From contig NC_017080.1 in assembly GCF_000284115.1 (NCBI RefSeq), forward strand, positions 1,380,001 to 1,412,000: 32,000 nucleotides of DNA. The letters are read 5' to 3'. The DNA comes from Phycisphaera mikurensis NBRC 102666. GTDB taxonomy: Bacteria > Planctomycetota > Phycisphaerae > Phycisphaerales > Phycisphaeraceae. Shown here in pieces: positions 17,745-26,325 of this stretch. Every line of letters starts with the position of its first letter. Positions within the stretch are counted from its first letter, which is position 1. Position numbers and translations under genes: made by a program. Under the pieces are notes generated by a model that did not search any database, was not told the DNA's origin, and saw nothing but the letters and a program-made list of their open reading frames with translations.

Positions 17745-18830
17745 CTACCCGTTGCCGTCCTCGTCGAACTTCTCCCGCTTCTCCGGGCCGGCGATGCCGT
17801 CCCGCATGCGGGTGTCGGCCGCCACGTTCTGGATGCGTTGGTAGTCCATGACGCCCAGGTTGCCGCTGCGGAAGGCTTCCGCCATGGCTTTGGGCACCTC
17901 GGCCTCGGCGAGGACGAGCAGGGCGCGGTTCTCTTCGATCTTCGCCCGGTTCTCCTGCTCGAGCGCGACGGCGAGGGAGCGACGCTTCTCGGCTTCGGCT
18001 TGGAAGCGGCGCTTGTCGGCCTCGGCCTGCTCGGCCTGGAGCTTGGCCCCGACGTTCGCCTCGGTGTTGACGCCGGCCACGGAGATGTCGGCGATGTCCA
18101 CGGAGAGGATCTCAAAGGCGGTGCCCGAGTCCAGCCCGGAGTGCAGGGCCTTCTTCGCGATCTCGTCGGGGTTCTCCAGCACGTCCTTGTAGGTCTTCGC
18201 CGAGCCGATGGCCGAGACGATGGCCTGGCCGACGCGGGCGATGATCGTCTCCTCGGTGGCCCCGCCGATGAGGCGCGGGAGGTTCGCCCGGACGGTGACG
18301 CGGGCCTTGCACAGGAGGCGGACGCCGTCCTGGGCGACGGCGTCGAGCTTGTCCAGCCCGCTGGCGTTCACGCTGGGGCAGTCGATCACCTTGGGGTTCA
18401 CCGAGGTGCTCACGGCCTCGAGGATGTCGCGGCCGGCGAGGTCGATGGCGCAGGCGGTGTTCCAGTTCAGGTCGATGTTGGCGCGGTTCGCGGCGATGAG
18501 CGCGTTCACGACGCGGGGCACCGAGCCGCGGGAGAGGTAGTGGGTCTCCATCTCGTTGGTCGACACGTCGATGCCGGCTTTCTTCGCCTGGATCCGCGAG
18601 AGCACGATCACCTTCGGGTTCACCTTCCGCAGCCACATGCCCACGAGCGAGGCGAACGTGACGCTGGCACCCGAACTGAGGGCCTGGATGTACAGCCCGA
18701 TGAAGCGGATGAAGAAGAAGCCCAGCCCCAGGAGGACCAGCACCAGCACGACGATCGCCACGACGGAGAGCACGCTGCCTCCGCCGAGCTGGGCGAGGAG
18801 GGGGGACACAACCGGGGAGGGGTGGGGCAT
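17745..18830 (-). CDS. floA: Flotillin-like protein FloA (UPF0365/YqfA family)
   Basis: 361 aa from the ATG at 18830. N-terminal TM helix. Near-colinear similarity to Bacillus FloA: [84 protein letters not shown] and GNLGVMDY. The upstream 823 codons of the 1184-aa ORF are a GC artefact. Confidence 0.9.
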   Translation of the reverse strand: MPHPSPVVSPLLAQLGGGSVLSVVAIVVLVLVLLGLGFFFIRFIGLYIQALSSGASVTFASLVGMWLRKVNPKVIVLSRIQAKKAGIDVSTNEMETHYLSRGSVPRVVNALIAANRANIDLNWNTACAIDLAGRDILEAVSTSVNPKVIDCPSVNASGLDKLDAVAQDGVRLLCKARVTVRANLPRLIGGATEETIIARVGQAIVSAIGSAKTYKDVLENPDEIAKKALHSGLDSGTAFEILSVDIADISVAGVNTEANVGAKLQAEQAEADKRRFQAEAEKRRSLAVALEQENRAKIEENRALLVLAEAEVPKAMAEAFRSGNLGVMDYQRIQNVAADTRMRDGIAGPEKREKFDEDGNG

Positions 18831-18881
18831 GGGCGGAAGCTTAGGAAGCGAGCGGCCCGGCCGGCTCCGCTGCGACATCTC

Positions 18882-18887
18882 TATAAA
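18882..18887 (+). promoter_or_regulatory. TATAAA box 7 nt upstream of the ATG at 18894 (candidate -10 of a leaderless transcript)
   Basis: This is the only strongly AT-rich hexamer in the 63-bp divergent spacer 18831-18893. Its distance to the A of the ATG equals a typical -10-to-TSS distance. Alternatively, AAGGA at 18886-18890 could be a closely spaced SD. Confidence 0.25.
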
Positions 18888-18893
18888 GGACGC

Positions 18894-20024
18894 ATGCGAG
18901 CGATCGTCACGGGCCAGGTGGGGATGGACAAGAAGGAGTACCTGCAGAAGGTGGTCCAGCTCGCGGGTCAGAGGGCGGCCGGGGGTGGGGCCGACCTGCA
19001 GCTGTACAACCTCGGCGATCGGATGTACGCCGAGGCGAGCGACGTGAAGCCCGGGCGGATCCTGGACCTGCCGATCTCGCGGCTGAAGGCGCTGCGCCGA
19101 GCGGCCATGAAGGACGTCAACCGCGCCAGCGAGGGGCAGAAGGACGTCATCCTCAACACCCACGCCACCTTCCGCTGGCGGCACGGGCTCTTCCCCGCCT
19201 TCGACTTCGACCAGCTCACCGAGTTCAAGCCCGACGTGGTCATCTGCCTGCTCGACAACATCGAGGTTGTGCACGCCCGCCTCCACGAGGAGCACACCAG
19301 CGACGCCACGCTGAAGGATCTCATGGTCTGGCGGGAGGAGGAGATCATGGCCTCCGAGCTGGCCGCTCAGGCGCTCGGCATTCCCAACGAGTTCTACGTG
19401 GTCTCCCGGGGGCGACACGCCGACACGATCGAGACCACCTACCGCCTGATCTGCCGGCCGGAGTTCCGCAAGGTCTACCCCAGCTTCCCGATGACCCACG
19501 TCGAGAAGCTGCCCGACGTGCTGCGGGTGATCGACCGCTTCCGGGCGGACCTGGCGGAGAAGTTCGTCTCCTTCGACCCCGGCGACGTGGACGAGAAGAT
19601 CCTCCTGGACCGCGCGATCGAGGCGGCGCGCGAGGGACAGGATTTCGTGCACGTCGAGACCGGCAGCTTCTTCGGCGGCCAGAAGAACCTCCAGGTGCCC
19701 GTCCGCCAGGTGCTCGACATCGCCGGCGACGTGGACGGGCAGATCTACGCCCGCGACTTCCAGATGGTGCGCCAAAGCGACATGATCGTCTCGCTGGTCC
19801 CCAACCTGCCCGACGGCTCGCCGGGTCTCTCCAGCGGGGTGGAGCGGGAGCTGCAGCACGCCTTCGACCACGGCCGCGAGGTGTACGTCGTCTGGCACCC
19901 CCAGAAGAACCCCTCGCCCTTCATCACCGAGACCGCGACGAGGTGGTTCCGCACCGTGGAGGAGGCGATGGCCCACTTCGAGGAGGCCGGCATGTTCCCC
20001 GCGACCAACCTCTTCGGGCACTGA
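18894..20024 (+). CDS. Two-domain hypothetical protein: archaeal adenylate kinase (AdkA)-like N-domain with degenerate Walker A, plus a nucleoside 2-deoxyribosyltransferase-like C-domain
   Basis: 376 aa. N-domain: [15 protein letters not shown] where AdkA has VTGxPGVGK[ST], and [36 protein letters not shown] where AdkA has [34 protein letters not shown]. C-domain: KVYPSFPM...[50 protein letters not shown] follows the NDT-fold pattern. Confidence 0.75.
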   Translation: MRAIVTGQVGMDKKEYLQKVVQLAGQRAAGGGADLQLYNLGDRMYAEASDVKPGRILDLPISRLKALRRAAMKDVNRASEGQKDVILNTHATFRWRHGLFPAFDFDQLTEFKPDVVICLLDNIEVVHARLHEEHTSDATLKDLMVWREEEIMASELAAQALGIPNEFYVVSRGRHADTIETTYRLICRPEFRKVYPSFPMTHVEKLPDVLRVIDRFRADLAEKFVSFDPGDVDEKILLDRAIEAAREGQDFVHVETGSFFGGQKNLQVPVRQVLDIAGDVDGQIYARDFQMVRQSDMIVSLVPNLPDGSPGLSSGVERELQHAFDHGREVYVVWHPQKNPSPFITETATRWFRTVEEAMAHFEEAGMFPATNLFGH

Positions 20025-20112
20025 GACACTTCGTTCTCCGCACCGTGGCGGCCCGCGGCCCGCAGGCGAACCGAGCGGGGAGTGATCGAGAACGCGTCGC
20101 TGCGCCACCGGC

Positions 20113-20133
20113 CTGCCTGCGGGCCGCAGGCAG
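20113..20133 (+). terminator. Hairpin downstream of the AdkA-like/NDT-like gene
   Basis: CTGCCTGCG-GGC-CGCAGGCAG: a 9-bp perfect stem, 88 nt after the stop at 20024. No T-tract. Confidence 0.35.
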
Positions 20134-20204
20134 CCACGCGACCGTTCGGGGGAGCGTCGGGCCTCGCCTCGCCGCCGCTCCCGGCCCGGGCTAGCGTCCG
20201 CGCG

Positions 20205-20795
20205 ATGCCGCGGGCCGCCGACGCCGAGACCGCTTTCACCCGCAGCGCCCTGCTGGTGATCGACGTCATCAACGACCTGGACTTCGACGGCGGCGAGGCG
20301 CTGGGCCCCTTCGCCGAGGAGCTGGTCGGGCCGATCCTCACGCTCAAGCGGCGGTTCCGCGAGGCCGGCCTGCCGGTCATCTACGTGAACGACAACTTCG
20401 GCAACTGGCGCAGCGACTTCCGCGCGACGGTCGACGCGGTGTGCGGCCGCGCGTGCCGCGGCCGGGCGATCGCTCGTGCCCTGAAGCCCGAGGACGAGGA
20501 CCTCTTCGTACTCAAGCCCAAGCACAGCGGCTTCCACCACACGGTGCTCCCGCTGCTGCTGCACGACCTCGGCGTCGACCGCGTCGTGCTCTGCGGCATC
20601 GCGGGCAACATCTGCGTCGCCTTCACCGCCCACGACGCCCTCATGCACAACCTCCGCGTGGCGGTCCCGCGGGACGCCGTGGCGTCGGAGTCCAGCGACG
20701 CCAACGACCGCGTGCTCGGGGAGCTCGAAGACGTCTTCGGCGTCGACACCCGGCCCGCCGCCGAGGTCGCGGTGGAGCCTCCCGCCCCGGGCTGA
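20205..20795 (+). CDS. Isochorismatase-family cysteine hydrolase
   Basis: 196 aa from the ATG at 20205. [11 protein letters not shown] (catalytic Asp context), VLKPKHSGF (Lys) and [19 protein letters not shown] (Cys). Confidence 0.85.
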   Translation: MPRAADAETAFTRSALLVIDVINDLDFDGGEALGPFAEELVGPILTLKRRFREAGLPVIYVNDNFGNWRSDFRATVDAVCGRACRGRAIARALKPEDEDLFVLKPKHSGFHHTVLPLLLHDLGVDRVVLCGIAGNICVAFTAHDALMHNLRVAVPRDAVASESSDANDRVLGELEDVFGVDTRPAAEVAVEPPAPG

Positions 20796-21068
20796 AGCGC
20801 GGCGCCGCAGCCGGGACCGGCCGGGCGGGGTGCCGGGGCCAACCGCACCCCCATGGCGCTCCAGCGGCCGACGGCCGCTCCGCGACCTCCCGCATCCGTG
20901 GCCGAACGAGCCTCCGGGATGCCCGCGCCGGCGGGTAGGGTTTGACCTTGGGAGCGGCGGAACGCTCCCGAGTCGCCCGCCGCCAGGCTCTTGCGCCGCC
21001 TCGAGCGGCTTGCTCGACGGCACGCCTCTTCTCCTCTCCACGCGACACCCGTGCTCCTCCGATCTGTC

Positions 21069-22754
21069 ATGCTCAAGCCTCTCCTGCTCGCGGCCCTGCT
21101 CGCCACGCCCGCCCTCGCCGAGACCCCGACCGTGCCCGTGATCCGCGTCCACGACGAGAAGAGGGCCGACGTGAGCCCGCTGCTCTTCGGGCAGTTCCTC
21201 GAGATCGCCAGCTGGGGCGAGCGGGGGCCGGAGGCCTACGCCGACCCGGAGACCGGCGAGCTGCCCGCGGCGGTGGTCGAGAAGCTGCGCGAGCTGCACG
21301 CCCCGCTGATCCGCTTCCCCTTCGGCAGCGACTCACGCTTCCTCGACTGGACCGACCGGGTGGCGATGCCCGGCCGGCCGGCGCCGGTCTCGCTGGAGCG
21401 GGGCGAGGGCGGCTTGACCAACCGCTTCACCTACGACCACTTCCTGCGGCTGTGCGAGGAGCTGGACGCCGAGCCCCTGCTGGTGGTGAAGTCCTGGGAC
21501 GCGGTCTTCGAGGGCGGCGACGCGGTGGCCGCGGACGCGCAGCAGGCGGCGAACCTGGTGGCTTACACGAACGCGGAGGTCGACGCGGCGCTGCCGCCGG
21601 CGCAGCTGGCTCTCGCCGCGCTGCGGGCGGCGAACGGCCGGATCCAGCCGTACGGCGTGAAGAAGTGGCAGGTGGGCAACGAGCTGTTCTTCGGGCTCAA
21701 CGACCGCGGCGACCGCGACTTCTACTGGACCGCCGACCCCGAGGAGGAGCTGGAGGCGCTCGCCGACGCGATCGTCACCCGGTACACGGCGGTCGCCGAC
21801 GCGATGCTCGCGGTCGACCCGACGCTGCAGCTGGTCGCCGAGGGCGAGTGGCGGAGCGAGCGGGGCCGCGAGCTGATCCTTGGCGACCCGCGGATGAAGG
21901 AGCGCTTCGCGTACGTCACCAACCACGCCTACGGCCCCTGGAAGACCAACCGCCTCCGCCGCGGCGGGGAGCTCATCAACGCGAGCACGCTCGACGAGCA
22001 GACGCTGACTGCCTTCGGCGCTTTCTACCCCCGCGGGCTCGACGCCGAAGGCCGCAGCCGCGGCCTCGACGACTGGGCGATCGAGGCCGCCGAGGCGCAC
22101 GGCTACCGGGCCGTCGCCACCGAGTGGAACTGGAACGGCTGGGGCGACTTCGACCTCACGCACCCGACGGTCGCGGCCCATGCGCGGGCTCTTGGTACCG
22201 CCGGCTACTTGAACGGGATGCTGCGGCAGGCCGAGCACGTCGCGTTCGCGACGCAGTCGATGATGCTCGCGGAGAGCTGGAACATCGGCGGCGTGCAGGG
22301 CGACCCGGCGGAGCCCGGATCGGTGTTCCTGGGTCCTTCGGGCGCGGCGACGGCCTTGTACGCCGAGCTGCACGGGCCGGAGCTGCGGGAGGTCACCCTG
22401 GAGGGGATGCCCGAGCCGCTCCGCGTGGACCTCACCCGCGCCGGCGGCGTCATCGGTCCGCAGATCCCGGTGGTCGATGCGACGGCGACGGCGGGGCCGG
22501 GGGTCGTGTACGTCCACGCCGTGCAGCGACGTTTCGACGCGGAGCTTGCGGTGGAGATCCGCGTCGCCGGTCTTGATCCCGGCCTCGTCGCCGCCGTGGC
22601 CGTCCACAGCCTCGTCCGCGAGGCGGACCACGAGCGGCCGTTCGCTTCGACGGTCCGGCGATCCGTGGAGGTGGACGCGGCCGGGCGAGAGGCGATCGCG
22701 GTCACGCTCCCGGCGGCCTCGGTCAGCGTCGTCGAGATCCGCCACGGCGGGTGA
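21069..22754 (+). CDS. Secreted glycoside hydrolase, GH51-like (alpha-L-arabinofuranosidase-type clan GH-A fold)
   Basis: 561 aa from the ATG at 21069 with signal peptide [33 protein letters not shown] and [10 protein letters not shown] parallel the GH51 blocks (G-x-F-x-E, R-x-PGG, W-x-I-GNE). Substrate not inferable. Confidence 0.65.
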   Translation: MLKPLLLAALLATPALAETPTVPVIRVHDEKRADVSPLLFGQFLEIASWGERGPEAYADPETGELPAAVVEKLRELHAPLIRFPFGSDSRFLDWTDRVAMPGRPAPVSLERGEGGLTNRFTYDHFLRLCEELDAEPLLVVKSWDAVFEGGDAVAADAQQAANLVAYTNAEVDAALPPAQLALAALRAANGRIQPYGVKKWQVGNELFFGLNDRGDRDFYWTADPEEELEALADAIVTRYTAVADAMLAVDPTLQLVAEGEWRSERGRELILGDPRMKERFAYVTNHAYGPWKTNRLRRGGELINASTLDEQTLTAFGAFYPRGLDAEGRSRGLDDWAIEAAEAHGYRAVATEWNWNGWGDFDLTHPTVAAHARALGTAGYLNGMLRQAEHVAFATQSMMLAESWNIGGVQGDPAEPGSVFLGPSGAATALYAELHGPELREVTLEGMPEPLRVDLTRAGGVIGPQIPVVDATATAGPGVVYVHAVQRRFDAELAVEIRVAGLDPGLVAAVAVHSLVREADHERPFASTVRRSVEVDAAGREAIAVTLPAASVSVVEIRHGG

Positions 22755-22849
22755 CCCGTGGCACGCGGACCGTCGCCGGAAGCGGCGGAAGAAGGCGGCG
22801 GTCCGCGGATCCGGAGCAACCGAGGGCGGTTTGGCCGTACCTTCGGGGG

Positions 22850-23290
22850 GTGTTCGGTCGCCGCAAACCCATCCGCGTCGAGCAGCGGAGCGGGAGGAAC
22901 GTGGCGCTGGGGAACGCGGGCGAGCGCGCCGCGGAGCGGTTCCTCAAGAAGAACGGCTACCGCGTGCTCGGGCGCAACGTCGCCCTGGCGCGGGGCGAGA
23001 TCGACTTGGTCGCACAGGAGAAGGCCACCGGCGTGCGCGTGGTGGTCGAGGTGAAGGCGGGGCGGGCCCACGCGGTCTACCGGCCGGCGATGCGGGCGGG
23101 CCCGGCGAAGCGGCGGAAGCTCGCAAGCCTCACCCGGACGCTCGCGAGGCTCAACGGGTGGGCCGGCGAGCCGGTCCGCATCGACGTGGTGGAGGTCGTC
23201 TGGCCGGCGGGCGGCGCCGAGGACCGCCGCGGCGTGCCGAAGGCGGAGCCGGCGCTGCGGCACCTGGTCGGCAGCGTCTTCCGGGCGTAG
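22850..23290 (+). CDS. yraN: YraN-family (UPF0102) endonuclease-like protein
   Basis: GNAGERAAERFLKKNGYRVLGRNVALARGEIDLVAQ...VVVEVKAG matches the YraN core. GTG at 22850 is preceded by GGGGGG. The ORF also extends to GTG 22751, which overlaps the upstream stop as GTGA, so the start is uncertain. Confidence 0.8.
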   Translation: MFGRRKPIRVEQRSGRNVALGNAGERAAERFLKKNGYRVLGRNVALARGEIDLVAQEKATGVRVVVEVKAGRAHAVYRPAMRAGPAKRRKLASLTRTLARLNGWAGEPVRIDVVEVVWPAGGAEDRRGVPKAEPALRHLVGSVFRA

Positions 23291-23314
23291 CGGACCCGCG
23301 GACCGCCGGGCTTT

Positions 23315-24394
23315 TCAGCCTCGATCGGCCACGGTCCGCGGATCCGCTGCCCCCCGCACCGAGGCGGCGGCGAAGCGGATGGCGGACTTCATCGACTCAG
23401 GCTCGGCGCGGTTCTTCCAGGCGATGTCGAAGGCGGTGCCGTGGTCGGGGCTGGTGCGGACCACCGGGAGGCCCAGCGTCACGTTGACCGCGTTGTCGAA
23501 GGCGAGCATCTTCACCGGGATCAAGCCCTGGTCGTGGTACATCGCGACGAGCAAGTCGTACCGCTTGCGCTGGCTCGGGGTGAAGAGCGTGTCGGCGGGG
23601 AAGGGGCCGTGGATCGCCATCCCGGCTTCCTTCGCCATGTCGATCGCGGGCGCGATCAGACGTCCTTCCTCGTCGCCGAAGAGCCCGCCCTCGCCGGCGT
23701 GGGGGTTGAGGCCGCACACGCCGATGCGGGGGCGCGGGATCCCCAGCCGCTTTACCGCCTCGTCCGCGAGGTCGGCGGCATCGAAAACCCGGCCGATGGA
23801 GAGCAGCTCGCGCACGTCCATCAGCGGCGTGTGGATCGTGGCGAGCACGACGCGGATCGGCTCGCCGGCGGGGTCCACGCCCGCGAACATCATCGCGACG
23901 CGCTTCGCCGCGAAGCGGTTCTGCAGGAACTCGGTGTGGCCGGGGAAGCGGCAGCCGGCGAGGTCCCAGCTCTCCTTGCAGATGGGGGCCGTGACGATCG
24001 CGTCGGTGCCGCCCTCGGCGATCGGCTTCTTCGCCGCGGCCACGGCGGCGTCCAGGAAGGCGAGCGAGGCCTGGCCGCCGGCCCGCGTCGCGGCCGCGGT
24101 GGTGCGGCCCAGGAAGGAGAGCTCGTCGAAGTCGACGACGACCACGTCGTGCGTCAGCTCGTGCCTGGTGCGGTCGGCCCCGTGCTGGACGCGGTGCCAG
24201 AACGGCTCGATCTCGGCGAGGTCGGCCGCGTACGCCATCAGCTCGTTGAGCCCGAAGACCACGAAGCGTGCGAGCCTGCGGACCTCCGGGTCCGACAGCG
24301 CCTTCACGACCACCTCGGGACCCACGCCGGCGGGCTCGCCGAGGGAGATCCCGATCACCGGGCGATCGGGATGTCCGTCGGGGCTCGGCGGCAT
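23315..24394 (-). CDS. pdxA: 4-hydroxythreonine-4-phosphate dehydrogenase PdxA
   Basis: 359 aa from the ATG at 24394. IGISLGEPAGVGPEV, FPGHTEF, GLNPHAGEGGLFG and RTSPDHGTAFDIA. The 75 extra N-terminal codons of the track ORF translate the repeat element. Confidence 0.9.
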   Translation of the reverse strand: MPPSPDGHPDRPVIGISLGEPAGVGPEVVVKALSDPEVRRLARFVVFGLNELMAYAADLAEIEPFWHRVQHGADRTRHELTHDVVVVDFDELSFLGRTTAAATRAGGQASLAFLDAAVAAAKKPIAEGGTDAIVTAPICKESWDLAGCRFPGHTEFLQNRFAAKRVAMMFAGVDPAGEPIRVVLATIHTPLMDVRELLSIGRVFDAADLADEAVKRLGIPRPRIGVCGLNPHAGEGGLFGDEEGRLIAPAIDMAKEAGMAIHGPFPADTLFTPSQRKRYDLLVAMYHDQGLIPVKMLAFDNAVNVTLGLPVVRTSPDHGTAFDIAWKNRAEPESMKSAIRFAAASVRGAADPRTVADRG

Positions 24395-24615
24395 GGGGCG
24401 GCGAGCGTAGCGCGGGGGGGCGTGGCTGCGCCAGGCAAGCGAAGAAGAGAGGAAGAGAAGAAGCGAGGAAGTCAGGCAGGAGCAGGAGCGACACCCCCGC
24501 CGCCGCCGCGGGCGGCACTCTCTCACGCTCACTCTCTCTCTCTTCCCCGCTTCCCCGCTTCTTCGCTTCTTCGCTTCTTCGCTTCTCCGCTTGCTCCCTG
24601 CTCCCCACCCGCGCC
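24395..24615. repeat. Intergenic homopurine/homopyrimidine imperfect palindrome (element A)
   Basis: Purine arm at 24435-24471 (GCAAGCGAAGAAGAGAGGAAGAGAAGAAGCGAGGAAG). (CT)6 at 24532-24543. Pyrimidine arm at 24542-24594; its reverse complement begins GCAAGCGGAGAAGC, matching the purine arm start at 12 of 14 positions. Confidence 0.9.
24549..24588. repeat. Five tandem 8-nt units GCTTCYYC within element A
   Basis: GCTTCCCC GCTTCTTC GCTTCTTC GCTTCTTC GCTTCTCC, read directly from the sequence. Confidence 0.95.
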
Positions 24616-24966
24616 TCACGCCTTCAACGGATCATGCCCCCAATTCATCAACGAGTACCGCCACCGCGAGTTCTCGACGTCGTCGTCCGGCCCCTGCTTG
24701 GAGTGGCGGGCGACGTAGCCGTTGACCTTCTTCATCGCGCCGTAGTCGTCGTCGGTGTAGTCGGCCTTCTTCTTGCCCTTGATCTCGAGGATCTTCCGGC
24801 CCATCTGGTGGCCGGTGGACTCCTCGTCGTTGGTGTCGCCGACCGAGGCGGATTCGTCGGTGTCGAGCCACGCCTCGAGCTCCTTGGGCGTCATGTTGAC
24901 GGCGTCGCGGAACCCGTCGAGCACCTCTTCGCGGTCGTCTTCGTCGACGTGGGGGAAGTCTTTCAT
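24616..24966 (-). CDS. DUF3140-family protein
   Basis: 116 aa. VNMTPKELEAWL, STGHQMGRKILEI, VNGYVARH and SRWRYSLMNWGHDP match my recollection of the DUF3140 family. Confidence 0.8.
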   Translation of the reverse strand: MKDFPHVDEDDREEVLDGFRDAVNMTPKELEAWLDTDESASVGDTNDEESTGHQMGRKILEIKGKKKADYTDDDYGAMKKVNGYVARHSKQGPDDDVENSRWRYSLMNWGHDPLKA

Positions 24967-25003
24967 GCCGGGGTGTAGGCCGGCCCGGCGGCCGAAGCCA
25001 GGC

Positions 25004-25168
25004 TCAAGCCTCGTCGTTCATCAGCACCATGATCGCGTGCACCGAACCCGGGATCCAGCCGAGGATCCAGAGCAGGATGTTGAGCAGGAGGCTGAAGCCG
25101 ATCCCCCGGTGCAGGAAGACGGACACGGGCGGCAGGAAGATGGCGAGCAGGGCTTGGACGAGGGACAT
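25004..25168 (-). CDS. YqaE/Pmp3-family small membrane proteolipid (UPF0057), 54 aa
   Basis: Absent from the ORF track because it is under 60 aa. Translation: MSLVQALLAIFLPPVSVFLHRGIGFSLLLNILLWILGWIPGSVHAIMVLMNDEA. LAIFLPP...F and LGWIPG..HA are the family signature. GGAG lies 9 nt upstream of the ATG. Confidence 0.75.
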   Translation of the reverse strand: MSLVQALLAIFLPPVSVFLHRGIGFSLLLNILLWILGWIPGSVHAIMVLMNDEA

Positions 25169-25225
25169 CGTGCGGGACTCCGGTGGTGCGGGGAGCGGCC
25201 GCGACCCGGCCGCCTCCAGGGGGTT

Positions 25226-26047
25226 CTAGGCGGGAGCCGGCCCGACCTTCAACCCGTCGTACGCCGGCTCGACGCCCGCGGGCGTCCGCTCCTGCAGCTC
25301 CGCGTGGGCGAGGTCGTGCGCGAGGTGGGTCAGGAAGGTGCGTCCGGCCCGCAGGTCCGCGGCGATGGCGACCGCCTCGGCCAGCGAGAGGTGCGTGGGG
25401 TGCTTGGTCGGCTTGAGCGCGTCGAGCACGAGCACGTCGAGGCCGCCGAGCCGGGCGCGAGCCGCCTCCGGCACCTCCGAGCAGTCGGTGCAGTACGCGA
25501 TGGAACCTTCCGGCGAGTCGAACCGGAAGCCCAGCACCGGCAGCCGGCCGTGCATCAGGCGCAGCGGCGTGACGCTCAGCGGCACCGTCGGCAGCGGGCG
25601 GAAGGATTCGCCGGCGGCGACCGTCTGCAGCGCGAGCTTCGGGACGAAGCCGCCGTTGGGGTTCCGGCCTTCGCCGAAGACGTACGGGAACAGCTCGCGG
25701 AGCGCCTCCTGGGTGCCGGCCTCGGCGTAGAGCGGCAGCGGGTCGTCCATGCGACCGCTGAACCGGCGGAGGTCGTCGAGCCCGTACACGTGGTCGGCGT
25801 GGGCGTGCGTGTAGAGCACGGCGTCGATGCGCTCGACGCCCTCGCGGACGCACTGCAGCCGCAGCTCCTGGCCCGTGTCGACGAGCAGGCGGCGCTCCCC
25901 GTCCGGCGCCGAGTCATCCCCGAAGCTGAGCATCACCGACGGCCGGGTCCGCTGGTCCCTCGGGTCGTCGCTGGTGCACACGCCGCAACGGCACCCGATC
26001 ATCGGCACGCCCGCGGAGGTGCCGGTGCCGAGGAAGGTGAGGCGCAT
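25226..26047 (-). CDS. MBL-fold metallo-hydrolase (PhnP/GPMBL-like)
   Basis: 273 aa from the ATG at 26047. MRLTFLGTGTSAGVP, a CRCGVC zinc-ribbon-like insert, YTHAHADHVYGLDD (HxHxDH) and FLTHLAH. The upstream 229 codons of the track ORF are an artefact. Confidence 0.85.
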   Translation of the reverse strand: MRLTFLGTGTSAGVPMIGCRCGVCTSDDPRDQRTRPSVMLSFGDDSAPDGERRLLVDTGQELRLQCVREGVERIDAVLYTHAHADHVYGLDDLRRFSGRMDDPLPLYAEAGTQEALRELFPYVFGEGRNPNGGFVPKLALQTVAAGESFRPLPTVPLSVTPLRLMHGRLPVLGFRFDSPEGSIAYCTDCSEVPEAARARLGGLDVLVLDALKPTKHPTHLSLAEAVAIAADLRAGRTFLTHLAHDLAHAELQERTPAGVEPAYDGLKVGPAPA

Positions 26048-26084
26048 GGGGGGGAGCGTAGAGCTCGGGGGGGCAAGGGACGGA

Positions 26085-26116
26085 GAGACGAAGAGACGAA
26101 GAGACGAAGAGACGAA
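26085..26116. repeat. Four perfect tandem 8-nt units GAGACGAA
   Basis: GAGACGAA x4, read directly from the sequence, followed by the degenerate GACAGACAG. Confidence 0.95.
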
Positions 26117-26147
26117 GACAGACAGGGCGTGGCGGCTGCGCCGACCA

Positions 26148-26187
<40 letters not shown>

Positions 26188-26325
26188 CCGTCTCCGTCTC
26201 TTCGTCTCTCACCCATCGCAGGCCCGACCCGCGGCGCCGAACGTCGCGGACGATGCAGCCGCAAGCGACAAGCGTCCCCCCCTGCGTCGCTTCGTCTCTC
26301 GCCCCCTCCCGTAGCTTGCCCCGCC

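Noticed and set aside
18831-21299. N-terminal 823 codons of the 1184-aa minus-strand ORF ending in floA, and likewise 17196-18893 upstream of the plus-strand fusion gene
   Set aside because: Homology-like signal begins exactly at the internal ATGs (18830 and 18894). The extensions overlap the confident isochorismatase, GH and GTPase genes on the opposite strand or in another frame.
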